Shown: positions 25,401 through 37,007 of the stretch, in pieces
Position numbering within the stretch: the first letter of the stretch is position 1
How the letters are laid out: each line of letters opens with the position of its first letter
DNA from: Podarcis erhardii
Lineage: Eukaryota
Direction: 5' to 3' (one strand)
Length of the DNA stretch: 64,000 nucleotides
NCBI GenBank assembly: GCA_964252035.1
Contig: OZ176208.1
Translations under genes and position numbers: made by a program
Notes under the pieces: model-generated
Database searches by the model: none
Told to the model about the DNA's origin: nothing
What the model saw: the letters and a program-made list of their open reading frames with translations, nothing else

Positions 25401-28400
25401 TCAGTGAAACAGTTGTAGTCTCGCCCCCTTTTTTATATAAAAAAGCATTTTTATATAAGAAAAATGACCTCTGACAAATGTGTTTCAGTCAAAAAAAGCT
25501 TTGGTTTGAAATTATAAGTGAACCTATTGCTGAAATCCCAAAGTCAATTCCTAACACACCTGGAAGCTCAGTAACTATTTGAGCCTGTTTGGATATTGAG
25601 TCTTCTGTTACTTCTACATGAAGATGAGGCATAACAGCTCCTTCTGTCAGCACAGGCTACAGAAACCAAGCCAAAATATAGCAATCTCTTCTGAGTTCCC
25701 CTGTGGTGCTATGTTTTTACAGTAACTAGGGTTGCAGCAAGGAGATGCAAGATACAAGGACACTTGGGAAACAGGGGAACTGTACCTGGACAGCCTATTT
25801 ATCTTTTGTTCTCGCCAAACTGAAGGCCAAGACATTTTATACAAGGAGTACATTGTGAGGAATAATGATCCATCAGTTGTCTCACATCTGAGGTACAAGT
25901 GAAATAGTTTTGGATGTCCAAACTACCCACATTTCTTTCTACAAGGAATCCAAAGCAATGATATTGCTGCATGTCTTGAAAACACCCACAGTGCCTGGTT
26001 CAATGCATGATGTGTCCCCTGATTTTCCTATGATGGGTATCATTATTTTATAGCCAGAGGACACTGTATAGGGTAGGTCCAGTAAGGATGCTTTGGACAT
26101 GATTAATCTACCTTTACTTACAGTGCAAGCTTGCTGTCCTTACTTGGAATGGCTTGTCAGTGGGATCTATAAATGTTGAACCAATTGAAAAATAAGGCCA
26201 ATGCACATAGTAGCTATTGGAGCACCTCTTTCAACTTCTATATGACATTCACTATGCCTCAGGGCTGTCTCCTTCACTGAGATGAAGTGCTAAGTACAAG
26301 AAAAGGTCTCATGGCTTTATAAATTCACTTTCCTTCTGTAGCCAAATATTTGATTTGAAAACACTTTATGCCAATCTTAGTCCCAAGAGGACGAGATTCT
26401 TTTAATATTTCAGGCTACACAAAAAGAGAGAAAAAATCAGTAATAAGCTTTGCACGTTTTCAAATATGAAACAATCAATTTTGGGGGGGGGGAAACTGGA
26501 AGAAACCTCTCAAATGGCTGCTTGAGGCGACATTAAGTGTTACTAATCAATAAAATTCATTTGATTGTGCAAATATGTATGAGATGGGCTTGCTATCAGA
26601 ACATAGCATGTGTCATGGGAAAGTAATCAAACCACTCTGATTAAATTCTTGTAGTCGGAAGAAGAATTTCCATATGAGGTGAGTTTTATTCATTCACACA
26701 TGATTGAAATCTATCTTACAACTTTCCAAACAATTATCCAGCTGATAATGCAAAACATGCAAGCATGAAGAAGTGGAAAGAATGAAGATTTGATTACGCT
26801 GCCTACTGCAAAGCCTTTGGAAGTTAGGGAAGGTTGGGGTTTTTTAGAAAAAGGCATTGGTGGCAGTAATAACATTAAGAAATTGTGAAACAGGCTACAA
26901 GTAAAAATGGGGAGTAAAAATGGAGGGAAAGAAGCTTGAGGAACTGTAATCTTTGTGGCCTTTCTCCTCGCACAACTGCCACCACAGGGGGATTTTCCTA
27001 TTCTTTTGCCTGGTGGATATACAATGCAAGGGCTAATTATCATGACTGTGAGCTTTCCATGAACATCTGTTTGGCCTATGAATACTGGAATCAATGGGTT
27101 TTTGACTATTTTGACAATTATGAAGTAATTCATAGGATGTGATCCTTTACTGTGTATTAAAGGGTGCCCAAGGCACCCTTATTTCTTATTTCTCACCCAT
27201 TCTGCACTCAGCACAGAAGGACATAGATATATATGCAGAAGTGCATAGTATGATTGGGCATTTTAGAAAAGAACTTAGAAATAAGATATGTACAACTTCC
27301 ATATCCCCATTTAACCCTCATTGTCTGTAGAGTCAAGGTATATGATCCCTAGAGATCATGTAATTTGACTGAGCATTGGATGGAGATATGGAAAAGGAGC
27401 ACAAACTTTTCATTTCTTTATGAAAGCCCGGCATAGTGCCTAAATACAGCCACACGGCTCTACTAAGATGGAGAAGGAACGAAGCGATCTGCATTGAGCT
27501 CTATGGAGATTCCTCTGAGTGTGGGTACTGCATAGCGGAAAGCATTGCACCCTTATTTGGTAACATTTTTGTTCTCTGAAAAGATGGGTAATTGGAGTGC
27601 ATTGAAACAGCATATGGCATATTGACTGATTTTTCCAAAGGAACAGCACAACTTTTGCAGACATTTCAAAACAGTTTCATTTCAGTGTGTCCTCTCAAAG
27701 TGGGCAAAATGTGCTATGATTAAAGACAGACACTATATAGATAAGTGTCTTATCTATATAGGGCATTTTTGTACCTCTCTAGTATAACTATGCTGATTTC
27801 CACCACCCCCCCCCGCAATATCCCCACATTGTGTGTGTGTGCATAGGAGTGTGTGCCTATACACAGTGCACTTCATTTAATTTGTTCACATTTGAAGGAG
27901 ACAGCCACTTTCAATTAGGAAAACCAGAACTGCTGTAGGTAAATGACTGGCAATTACATTGAGCATTGAGCTGTCACCTTTTTCATGTGGTAGCTGTGAC
28001 TGTCACTGATTTGTTCTGTCACTGGGGGCTAACTAAAGGGACAGGAGGAGAGCCTATCGTCCCTCTGCTGTTCTCAGATAATCCCACTCAGTTTACTATC
28101 GGTAATACACCTGATACATCCATGGAAGTTTCATGGAACACATGCAGCACAGAACAAATTTCAAAAGATTTGCCCTAAAGAACTTGAAATCTATGATTAA
28201 TGGGGGCTTTTTCTATAAATTCCTAAGGGAGTTAGGGATAAAGGGTATAAACAAATATTTAATGAGGGAAGGTTACAAAAATGGTTTTTTTTAAATAAAA
28301 AAAATAGAGTGTGGACTCTGATGCATCTTGGGATCATATGCAATGAAGAGCAGGCTTTCAAGTCTATATTCCTAGCTCTGGATGAAGAACTGTGCATGCA

Positions 28401-31400
28401 TGCAGGAGATAGATGCCTTATCTCTGCTATCCCAGATTCCAGTTGTAATGTTCATCCTGACTGACTTGCATTTGTAAGTCGTGTTCTCAGATAAAGTAAA
28501 AGTATCTCATTGTCTTTTAACTCAATTCTTCCTTATTATTTGCTTGTCTTCACAATAAGGTATCAACCAAGTAGTCAATAAAAAAAAATCCAAAAACAGT
28601 TAAGAAGCTTTATACAGAATATTGGATTTCAATATAAATAGTTTCATCCTGTCTAGCATTCTTATTCAGGCTTGCAGAATACTTCTTCAGTTTCCTGCTG
28701 TCTCTGCTTTAGAATTCAAGGTTGAGAAATGCCACACTGGGCTATTTGTGATAACTACTCATTTGGGTTGATACAGATTCCCCTTCTGCTTCCTGCTCTT
28801 GTGTCAGTTAAACTTCTTCAGAGGGTGGAGCAAGGTATTCAGGGATGAATTTGAATTCCAGCCTGTGGTTTATCCTACCCACACTACTACATACTTATGA
28901 CTTCTGACTTATTTCACACACACACACACATGTGTATAAGCATAAAATTAAGAATCTGGAAGTGAGCAATGGAAGTGGTTGAGATTACTAAGGAGATAGG
29001 GAAACAGCATTTGGGGGCAACAACTGATGATGACAGTAGTGACAGCAGTGGCTCTCAGCAAGCAGCTCTGAAATAACTTTGTAGGCTATTTTAGAGGCTT
29101 AGAATGGCTTAGAATGGACAGTCCAACTCACAGTAAGGAAATATAGAGAGGGAAGAGGGAGGCAACTCAATTAAGCCATGACAGAATCAAAAGACACAAG
29201 GAACATTTAGTGGAAGAAAGCTGGATTAGTTAAAGTATAGTAGAAAACAACCCAGATACATAGAAATGAAAAAGTAACCATAAGACCCAGTCTAGGAGTT
29301 TTCTGAAATGAGAGTCTGGTGCAGCTTTATAGATTTATTGCAGGGATTGCCATTGACAGCACATGCAGACATATCTCAGAAGCAGGTTCAGCCATGCTTA
29401 GATTGAAAACAGGGTTACCACTTTGCACCCTGTACAGCAGATACACCTTTCAGATCTCCCAGTGTAGCAATGGTAGCTACACTTTAACACAGCCTCCACT
29501 ATCATCAATAAAGATGACTCTTCTGAAGACTTCTTCCAGTTATGGAAGATATTGAACTTTCTCACTTTGCACCTCTTGCTTTGTTTCCTGTCTAACAGCC
29601 CTCCCCTTAGCCTACACTTAGGAGGGATTGGCTCAGCTCCAATCTCTTCCCGTTCTGACAAACTGCTTCCTTCTCTGTTCGCGCCAATTGGCACTTCCTG
29701 AGAGTGTTGGCTGGGTTCTGGCCAGCTCTCCGCCATTCCCTTATCAAACAGCATTCCAAGGGGTGGGCGAGTGGCACTAGCCGATGCTCATCCTGCCTGG
29801 CAGTTAACCCTCTCTGTTCCTGGCTGCTTTCTTCAGTTGGCTGCAAGCCTTCACTGGGAGCTGGCTCATTCATGACGCTCTGTCCACTCATTCCCTCTCC
29901 AGGCTTGTCATCTGCTTGCCTTCCTTCAGTTTCTGTGGCAAGTCAGGATTCAGGTGTGCCACATGGTAGGGGAGATGGTGAAGGCAAATTACAGGGCTTC
30001 GGGAAATGGGCAGGGGGATTTAGTGCCACGTACATCTGATGCCTTCACAGCAAGTTGGTAGATTCTTTAATTTAAAAGGAACTTACAAATACTCCCATTG
30101 ACATAACTAGAAGCACTTAGATGTTGCAGTAGGGATGGGGGAAGCTGTCTCTGGTTCATGCCCCTTGCATTTGTTCACCACCCATAAACCTATTCCGTTC
30201 TAATTCTGCATTAATCTGCATTTAAAACAACCACCCGAACATGTGCATTAAATTACACATTTAAATATATATATTTGGACACATTTTGTCTTCTGTGCAA
30301 CCCTACACATATCAACTCAGAAATAAACCCCACCAAATTTAATGCAGCCTGCTTCCTCACAAGTGTGTCTAGGGTCACACGCACACCATACATGTGAAGC
30401 ATTCTTATTCCACTTAAAAGAGCCCATTTCGGATGCTTCCTTTTTTCTTTGGAAAGATTGCCACAGCTCCTGATGTGTTAGAATAACAGCAGGGATAGGC
30501 AGGCAGATGGAGACACACACTTCGGTACTATTACCATACCGTTATGTTTTGTGCTCTAATCCTGCAAATCAATTTTGTCGGCTGGCGCTTGAAAATGTGG
30601 CAAGTTTGTGCTATAAAGATGTTCCAGGAGGAAAAGAATGAGAACAGCATTGCAACGGCAAACAAATCAATTGGACTGTATTAAAGCTAAACAGACGGTG
30701 CCAAAGATGAATGTTGAGACAGGAACATGAACAAAGATTACCATGGGGTCTAGACATATACAATGATTAATTGTCACCCGCATCCTCGGAAGAAAAAGCA
30801 CAAAACAAAACAGCTTTTCCTTCCTGGGCTGGACAATCAAAAGAGAAAGGAAATCACATTATCCCCCTCCAAGGATGAAGGAAATAGAAAAATGGATATT
30901 AAACGTCCCTGGCTCATACAGCACTAGAGATCTGTCATTCAGCTAACAGTTCCCATTTTTAAGAGCTGTATACGAAACAATGCTATCACTTTGACCCAGT
31001 GCCCAGTCACAGTTGCAGGAGTCCTATCAGCACTCAGCGCTCTACTTTTCCTATACATTGTGCCATCACAATGCATCACTTAGCCAGCCAAAAAGAGTCC
31101 CTAATAGGGCTCTAATTGTGGTGCAGTTCTCTCTGTGTCCCCCTCCAGGATGCAATCAAGGAGTGTTTATATAGCTTCTAGCCATTAACACATGGTAGTG
31201 AACCAGTTGCTCAGAGAGTAATTGATGAATTTCAAGACTCTGAGACAAATTTCACCTTCGTACAGTGGGTGCTTGTAGCAAATTTGCTTGTAGCACCACA
31301 TGATAAAAGAGCCTATTAGTATAAAAAATTTATTTGGCAGATATAGCTATGAGGACTAGGTCATGGGAGTATTAGAATGTCAGCTGGGAGCAATGCATCA

Positions 31401-31984
31401 GATTTATTTGGGATTATTTGTTAGTTACCAGGTCCACAGAATAAGAAAAATAGATGTCTATTTAATCTTTTATGCCTTCCTAAAGTTGCTTTGGCACCTG
31501 GTGAGTCATTTTATGAGCTCTCACAACCCTGGTTTTGTCAAAGACAACATATTTCTCCTAAGCCATCAGATGCTTCCACTCCTTGCCGTACAGCACATGG
31601 AATCTTTTGCATAGATAATGCACATCAATTTGCTGAGCTTCCTGCCAAGAGGGCACAGCATTTAAAATAATGGAAACCCATTATTGAAGTCATTGTTAGT
31701 AGAAAACACTGAGCAGCTCTTAGGAGGCACTCAGGTCCCTGGAGGATTATGCCATCTACTGTTTATCATCCAGCTTGCCTTTAAACACCAACCCTAGTTT
31801 CTTCAGCAGTTTGGCAGCTAGAAGGTTCATTCTCCATATAGGTTTCAAAAGAATTCAGGCTATAATGTTTGCCCAACATTTGCCAATATTCCAGAGAGGT
31901 GTGTCCATCAGTGCAGAGTAGATGGCCTTCTAGTTCTTGGATGCCAACTTTCTTCAAACCCAACCAACTTAGTCCCAAAGCACT

Positions 31985-32390
31985 TTAAAGACTGTCTGAC
32001 CCCTTATGCTCCACCCCGATCACTGAGATCCTTCTGGTGGTTCCTAAGCCCCCTGAAGTTTAGCTAAACTATAATGACATTTAACAGGGACTGTGTGCTT
32101 AGTGTGGCAGGTGCTGCCCATTGGAATTCCCTACCAGCAGTGGTTTGGTAGGAACCATCCTTGCCATCAGAGGCAGATTTAGGGAAGTGTGACTGGTTTT
32201 GGTTGCACTATGCACTGAGCCTCAGGGGTGTCACAATGATGCTTTAGAATGGAACGAGAAAGGTGGTGAAGTGCAAAATTTTGTCATTGCACGGGGTGTT
32301 TATCAAATATGAGACCCCGAGGTCTGCCACTGCTGTCTAAAAAACTTCTGAAAAGTGTATTGTTTAGACAGGTCTTTGCAATATTTTGTC
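31985..32390 (+). mobile_element. L2 3'-end relic interrupted by a MITE
   Basis: cttagtgtggcagg...ttggaattccctacc...aaacttctgaaaagtgtattgtttagacaggtctttg resembles the conserved L2 3' end; continuity is broken at 32168-32332. Confidence 0.55.
32168..32332. mobile_element. hAT-like MITE nested in L2
   Basis: Terminal inverted repeats cagaggcaga / tctgccactg (one mismatch in 10); TSD not convincing. Confidence 0.55.
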
Positions 32391-32936
32391 CTTTTTAACC
32401 AAACAGTATTTATTGATGTTTTACTGATTCCCAACCAGATCCTCTTCCTCATGTAGAAAACTGTGGCATATTGCCATTTACAGCAAAAGAGTTGGCTTGT
32501 CCTCAGAGTTCTTATTGTTCACTTTGAGGCTATTGTGCTCTCCCTGTTTGTGCAGCTTAAAATATGTCCTGAAATGACATAATCATTGAAAAATATTGCT
32601 GTCTAGATTAGGTAGTAAAAATATGGATGATGGAAGGAAGCAACTCAAAGGACAGCTTAGTTGTCTGGTTCTTAGTCTTAAGTAAATATACAGACTTGCT
32701 TCTGGAAATGTATTGCAAGTGTCAAGAGAGTAGTAATTAAACTGTTGATAATCATTTTTTCCCAAGTGAATGGATGAAAATGAAACAGGACACTTTACAT
32801 TTGAGAAGCCTACCTTTCAGATATTCTTCTTTATTTCTGCAGTTCAGACCATTTTTTAATTTTTTTTGTATCCCACTTAATGGAATTTTTTATTTAAAGA
32901 TACCCAACAATGTGCATGTCAAAATGTTACTTATAC

Positions 32937-32937
<1 letters not shown>

Positions 32938-32969
<32 letters not shown>
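32938..32969. repeat. (CA)n microsatellite
   Basis: About 16 units, perfect. Confidence 0.99.
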
Positions 32970-32973
<4 letters not shown>

Positions 32974-33404
32974 TTAATCAGCATTGGTGAGGAAGATAAT
33001 ATATTGTCCCTGCAGAAGGAAGCATGATTTAATGGATGGATTGTGGTGAAAATGGTGAGCATTGTAGTTTCTCATTGCCTAATGCTAATGGATGTAAACT
33101 GCAAGTCACTTGTACCAAATTGTTAAGGGTAATTATTACCTGCTGAAAATAGCTTCGTATGGAATAAATACAAATGAAGGACAGCCTTTACTAAGACCAA
33201 TATTCTGTTCCTGAAAATGAAACAAATATGTAGTGTTTTAAATTAAAGTTCTCACCCATCTTCAAAATGCCTGGCAGCACTGCATGAGTCAGGGCAAGCA
33301 AATAAGTTATTGACATTTCTAATGGGGTAGATGTGGTTTTCAACTGCTGTCTTCTTTCTTTGTGTGTCATCAGCCTACAAGGCTATGTTTATGTTTATGA
33401 CAAG

Positions 33405-33502
33405 CCTTCTCCAACCTGGTCATCCTTAGTTGTTTTGAACCACAACTCCCAGCCATCAGCTAGGCTGGTGGGATTCATAGCCCAACATCTGGAGGGCAGC
33501 AA
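33405..33502. mobile_element. Palindromic MITE relic
   Basis: ctccaac...gttggag inverted ends; internal acaactccc...gggattcatag. Confidence 0.55.
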
Positions 33503-34102
33503 GTTGGAGATAGTCAGTTCATATGGTCATAATTTGTGCATTGCAATCTGCAAACAAGAGCAGAAGATAGGAACTGTATTGATCCCACCCACCCCACCAC
33601 CAAAACTTCTTTTGGACCTCCAAGTTTCTTTCACTGTCTCTTGGTAGTTTTTACACTATGGCAGTATTTACTTATTTATTTCATATATATACCACCTTTC
33701 TTCCTTAATGGGCATCAATATTCCATAGTATTTAATAACAATAATGAATGTTCTTGTTGGGCCCTATGTTCTGGATCTGACTTTCTTGTCCACATTTATT
33801 TTGTTTAGAATGGGAAACTGAAAGAATCTGAAATCAATAGACCTGCCCATTCCTATTTCTTGCATAACAAAAATGTATTGAAGTAATCTAAATGAAAGCA
33901 TTATGAACCATGCAAAAAGAATGTATGGTTTGTAGCACACGTGCAAAAAGCACAACTTTGACCTCCAACAGATAGTCAAATCTGCTGCCCAACATCTGAT
34001 CTATAGAGATAGCTCCATAGTACTCCAAACAGCTCTTAGTTTTCAAAGCTCAGTAGCATTCCTTTGTCAAGCCCAAAAGTCTGGTCAGTGATTGTCTTAA
34101 TC

Positions 34103-34229
34103 CACTGCTCTTCAACCTTGGGTCCCTGGATGTTGCTGGGCTACAACTCCCATTATCCATGGCCATTGGTTAGATTGGTTGGGGATGATGAGAGTTCTAG
34201 ACCGACAATGCCAAGGTTGAAAAATGTTG
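34103..34229. mobile_element. Palindromic hAT MITE with 8-bp TSD
   Basis: Perfect 11-bp inverted repeat ttcaaccttgg / ccaaggttgaa near the ends; TSD tcttaatc (34095-34102) / ccttaatc (34230-34237). Confidence 0.8.
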
Positions 34230-36382
34230 CCTTAATCCACAGTGATAGTTCTATTCACAGAAAGCTGATAGGCAACTCTTAAAATAGGAGCACATAAAAT
34301 TTCTGAAAGACTATCACTCAGAGTTATCCAAAATTTTGGCATGAATCTAAGCAAGTTAATGTTTGTTATGCATAAGTGATTACTCAATGCATGCTTCAAA
34401 CATTTAATGGTTAAATCTACACTTGACAAGACAGAAATAATCTGAAAAGAAATATACACAGAAAATGCCAGAATTGCTATTCATACAATCAAGAAAATGA
34501 AAGAATGCATATTGTTCATCAATGGCAACCATTCTTCCAAGTGCTATTCTTTCAGATAGTAGCATTTACAGGAGATTAGCCTTGACACTATGGAACTTAA
34601 ACACTACCTGTGCTATTTAAGCAGATTTCTTTTCTCTAGTTTAATAGAACACAAACTCTTGCATTCAGTGTAAGTGTTGTTTTGTTAGGAAGAACAAAGT
34701 GAAGCAAGTGAATCCATTTTCTTTTTTAACTAACAAGTTACCTTTGTAAAGATATGCTCGTGTGCACATGATCTATCCTAAGAATGGCACAATATATTTT
34801 CCATACCAAGCAGTAAATAAGTTCACCTTTTTTTTTGCAGTCTCCCACTCACTCTGGCATGTAAGGAATGCATGAAATAGGAAGTGCAGGAAAGAATGTG
34901 GAAATGGGTAAACAAGGAAAAGCAAGGTCCTAGTATAGGCATGATGAGAAAGAATGGTAGAGTCACATCAAACATTCGGACTGGAGTCCGAAACTCACTA
35001 GTCCCAAAGTGAAGGACAGTATATAGAAGAAAGGGATGCTCTGCAGAGGGGCTGAGATGCCCGATATTGCCTTTGGTGGCTCTTCCTTCCAAACCCTGGG
35101 TAAATTTAGTGGGTCTGGTGGTGGAAGCAACACCCTTGAAATAAATAATGCAGATTGAATTGCACAACTACATTCTTTTAAAATAAATAAAACAACAACA
35201 GTCTGTGCCTGCTGATTCAGAACCAGGCAAAACAACAAACACAGGGTGCTATAACTGTGGTGAGAAGTCAAGAGAAAGGGTCAGGAAGGGAAAGGATGAC
35301 ACATTGATCACTAGGCTGCATTCCACCCACTGTAAAGATGGAATACAGCAAGATGCATATACCCCAAAAAAGAGAGAAAAAAAAGTATACCCTCTGAACA
35401 GTGAATGGTAATTCCACTTGAACCTTACAGTGCTATTTTTCTAGAAAAATGGGTTCCAGAACTTACCACAAATGCCTCCCTTGTTTTCTCATAATGACAA
35501 TGGTGCCCACCTGAGAGGTGCTGGAACTGTTCTGGTGAATTCCAGCTGGAAAAAAAAGACAAGGGTACATTTGGTAATATTAGGAACTGGGATGTATAAA
35601 AGCATCCAAAAACTTAACATAGCCTGCATAGGCTCCAGGCTCTTAACTTTATTTCTTTTCTTTTTAAAATTAAGTCTCTCTAGTCTTCCTAAAAAGAAAG
35701 CTGTGAAGCTGGATGTGCAAGTGATCTTTCTGAAATGAGCCAACTGAGCTACTCCTGCCTTCCAGTGCTTTTAAGCAAGGGGAGAAGTCAGAGATGTGAT
35801 TGATAAGTGCACTGTTTGGAGGCCAGGTGAAAGGGATCCCTGTCCTAAAGAGCTGTGGTTTTCCTTTCTGGGTTATTTTTCTTGCTTCTGCTTCCTTTTC
35901 TAGTCCTTGTAATGCATGGAGCCATCGCCCCACCCCCTCACCAGCAACCAGGATGGATCTTTTCCATGGTCTGAAGAACTCTCTGTAAGTTATTTTCTGC
36001 TAATGCTACTACTTTACATAATAAGTGCAGGTGGAGGTTTAAAATCCCACATCCCAAATAAAATGACAAATACAAAATGTGAAAACTTTGGAAAGAAGTT
36101 TAGGCATACTTCTTGCTGTGCAGATGCTAAAAACCAGGCACTTAGTAAGAATTTACTATATACACATCTAGTCAGAAATAGGTCTCTTTGCATTTAATGG
36201 TGCTTAGTTCAGATAAGTGGCTATAGGGTGGTAGCCTCTCAGCTTTGTTTTAGGGTTGGCACTGGGAAAAAGTAGAGTTCTTGTGCCTTTAGCAGCTCTG
36301 TACAAGGCAGAAATTCATAAGGCTATGGCTTTTCTAGTATGGAAATGCAAAAATGTGAAAGGTTTTACCTGCCTCTCAGGCA

Positions 36383-37007
36383 ACAAACAAACAAACAAAC
36401 AATATTTATTACGGCCATAGGCCCATACAGGTAAAAACAACACATAAATAACAGCTTGTGCACGTGGGGAAAAAAAAAAAAAAAACAGCCGCTAAAACAC
36501 CACAATAACAATAAAATACTATAAAATAGAATGGCATACTACACCTTAGTTAGCTTGTAGTGCTCCTTGGCGTCGCTTTTGGGTAAGGACAGCGACCAGG
36601 AACCTTGCCACATTCAGGGTCGTATGAGTATCCTTATCCTGCAAGATTTGGGCAAGGTGGAATTTTGGTGGGGTACCCTCTAGTTTCTGTATGATTGATC
36701 CCAACAAATTTGCCCGTGGCACATTGAACAGGGGGCAAGTGAACATGATGTGCTGGAGCGACTCCGGCGTCTCCTTATCACATTCGCACGTGGCGGGGGC
36801 TTGGCCCTTTGAGAATCTATGTCTCAGGACGTTGGAGGGAAAAACGTTGAACCTCGCTTTGGTGAAGGCCAGTCTATGGGCAACAGTCGAAAGGGAGGAG
36901 AGGTATGATGGAACGCAGTAAGTTAAAGTGATACCAATGTTCTGGGGCGAACAAACACCTCCCCCCAGCATATAATTTCGCAGGCATTTTGTTATATGTG
37001 TGCCCAC
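36383..37007 (-). mobile_element. 5'-truncated young non-LTR retrotransposon (RTE-X-like): C-terminal zinc-finger domain plus 3'UTR and (TTTG)n tail
   Basis: The 153-aa ORF 36546-37007(-) contains RLAFTKARFN...CEC..E...HIMFTCPLF...R...VARFL (CCHC finger typical of non-LTR ORF2 C-termini); 3'UTR ends ggcctatggccgtaataaa plus (TTTG)n; CpGs retained. The clade call is recalled, not searched. Confidence 0.8.

Noticed and set aside
26711-27142. Overlapping 140-aa (-) and 68-aa (+) ORFs considered as an endogenous viral fragment
   Set aside because: No Rep, NS1, polymerase or capsid motifs recognised; stops flank both frames.
35205-35411. CYNCGEK resembling a CCHC zinc knuckle
   Set aside because: The required His and final Cys are absent and no gag context surrounds it.
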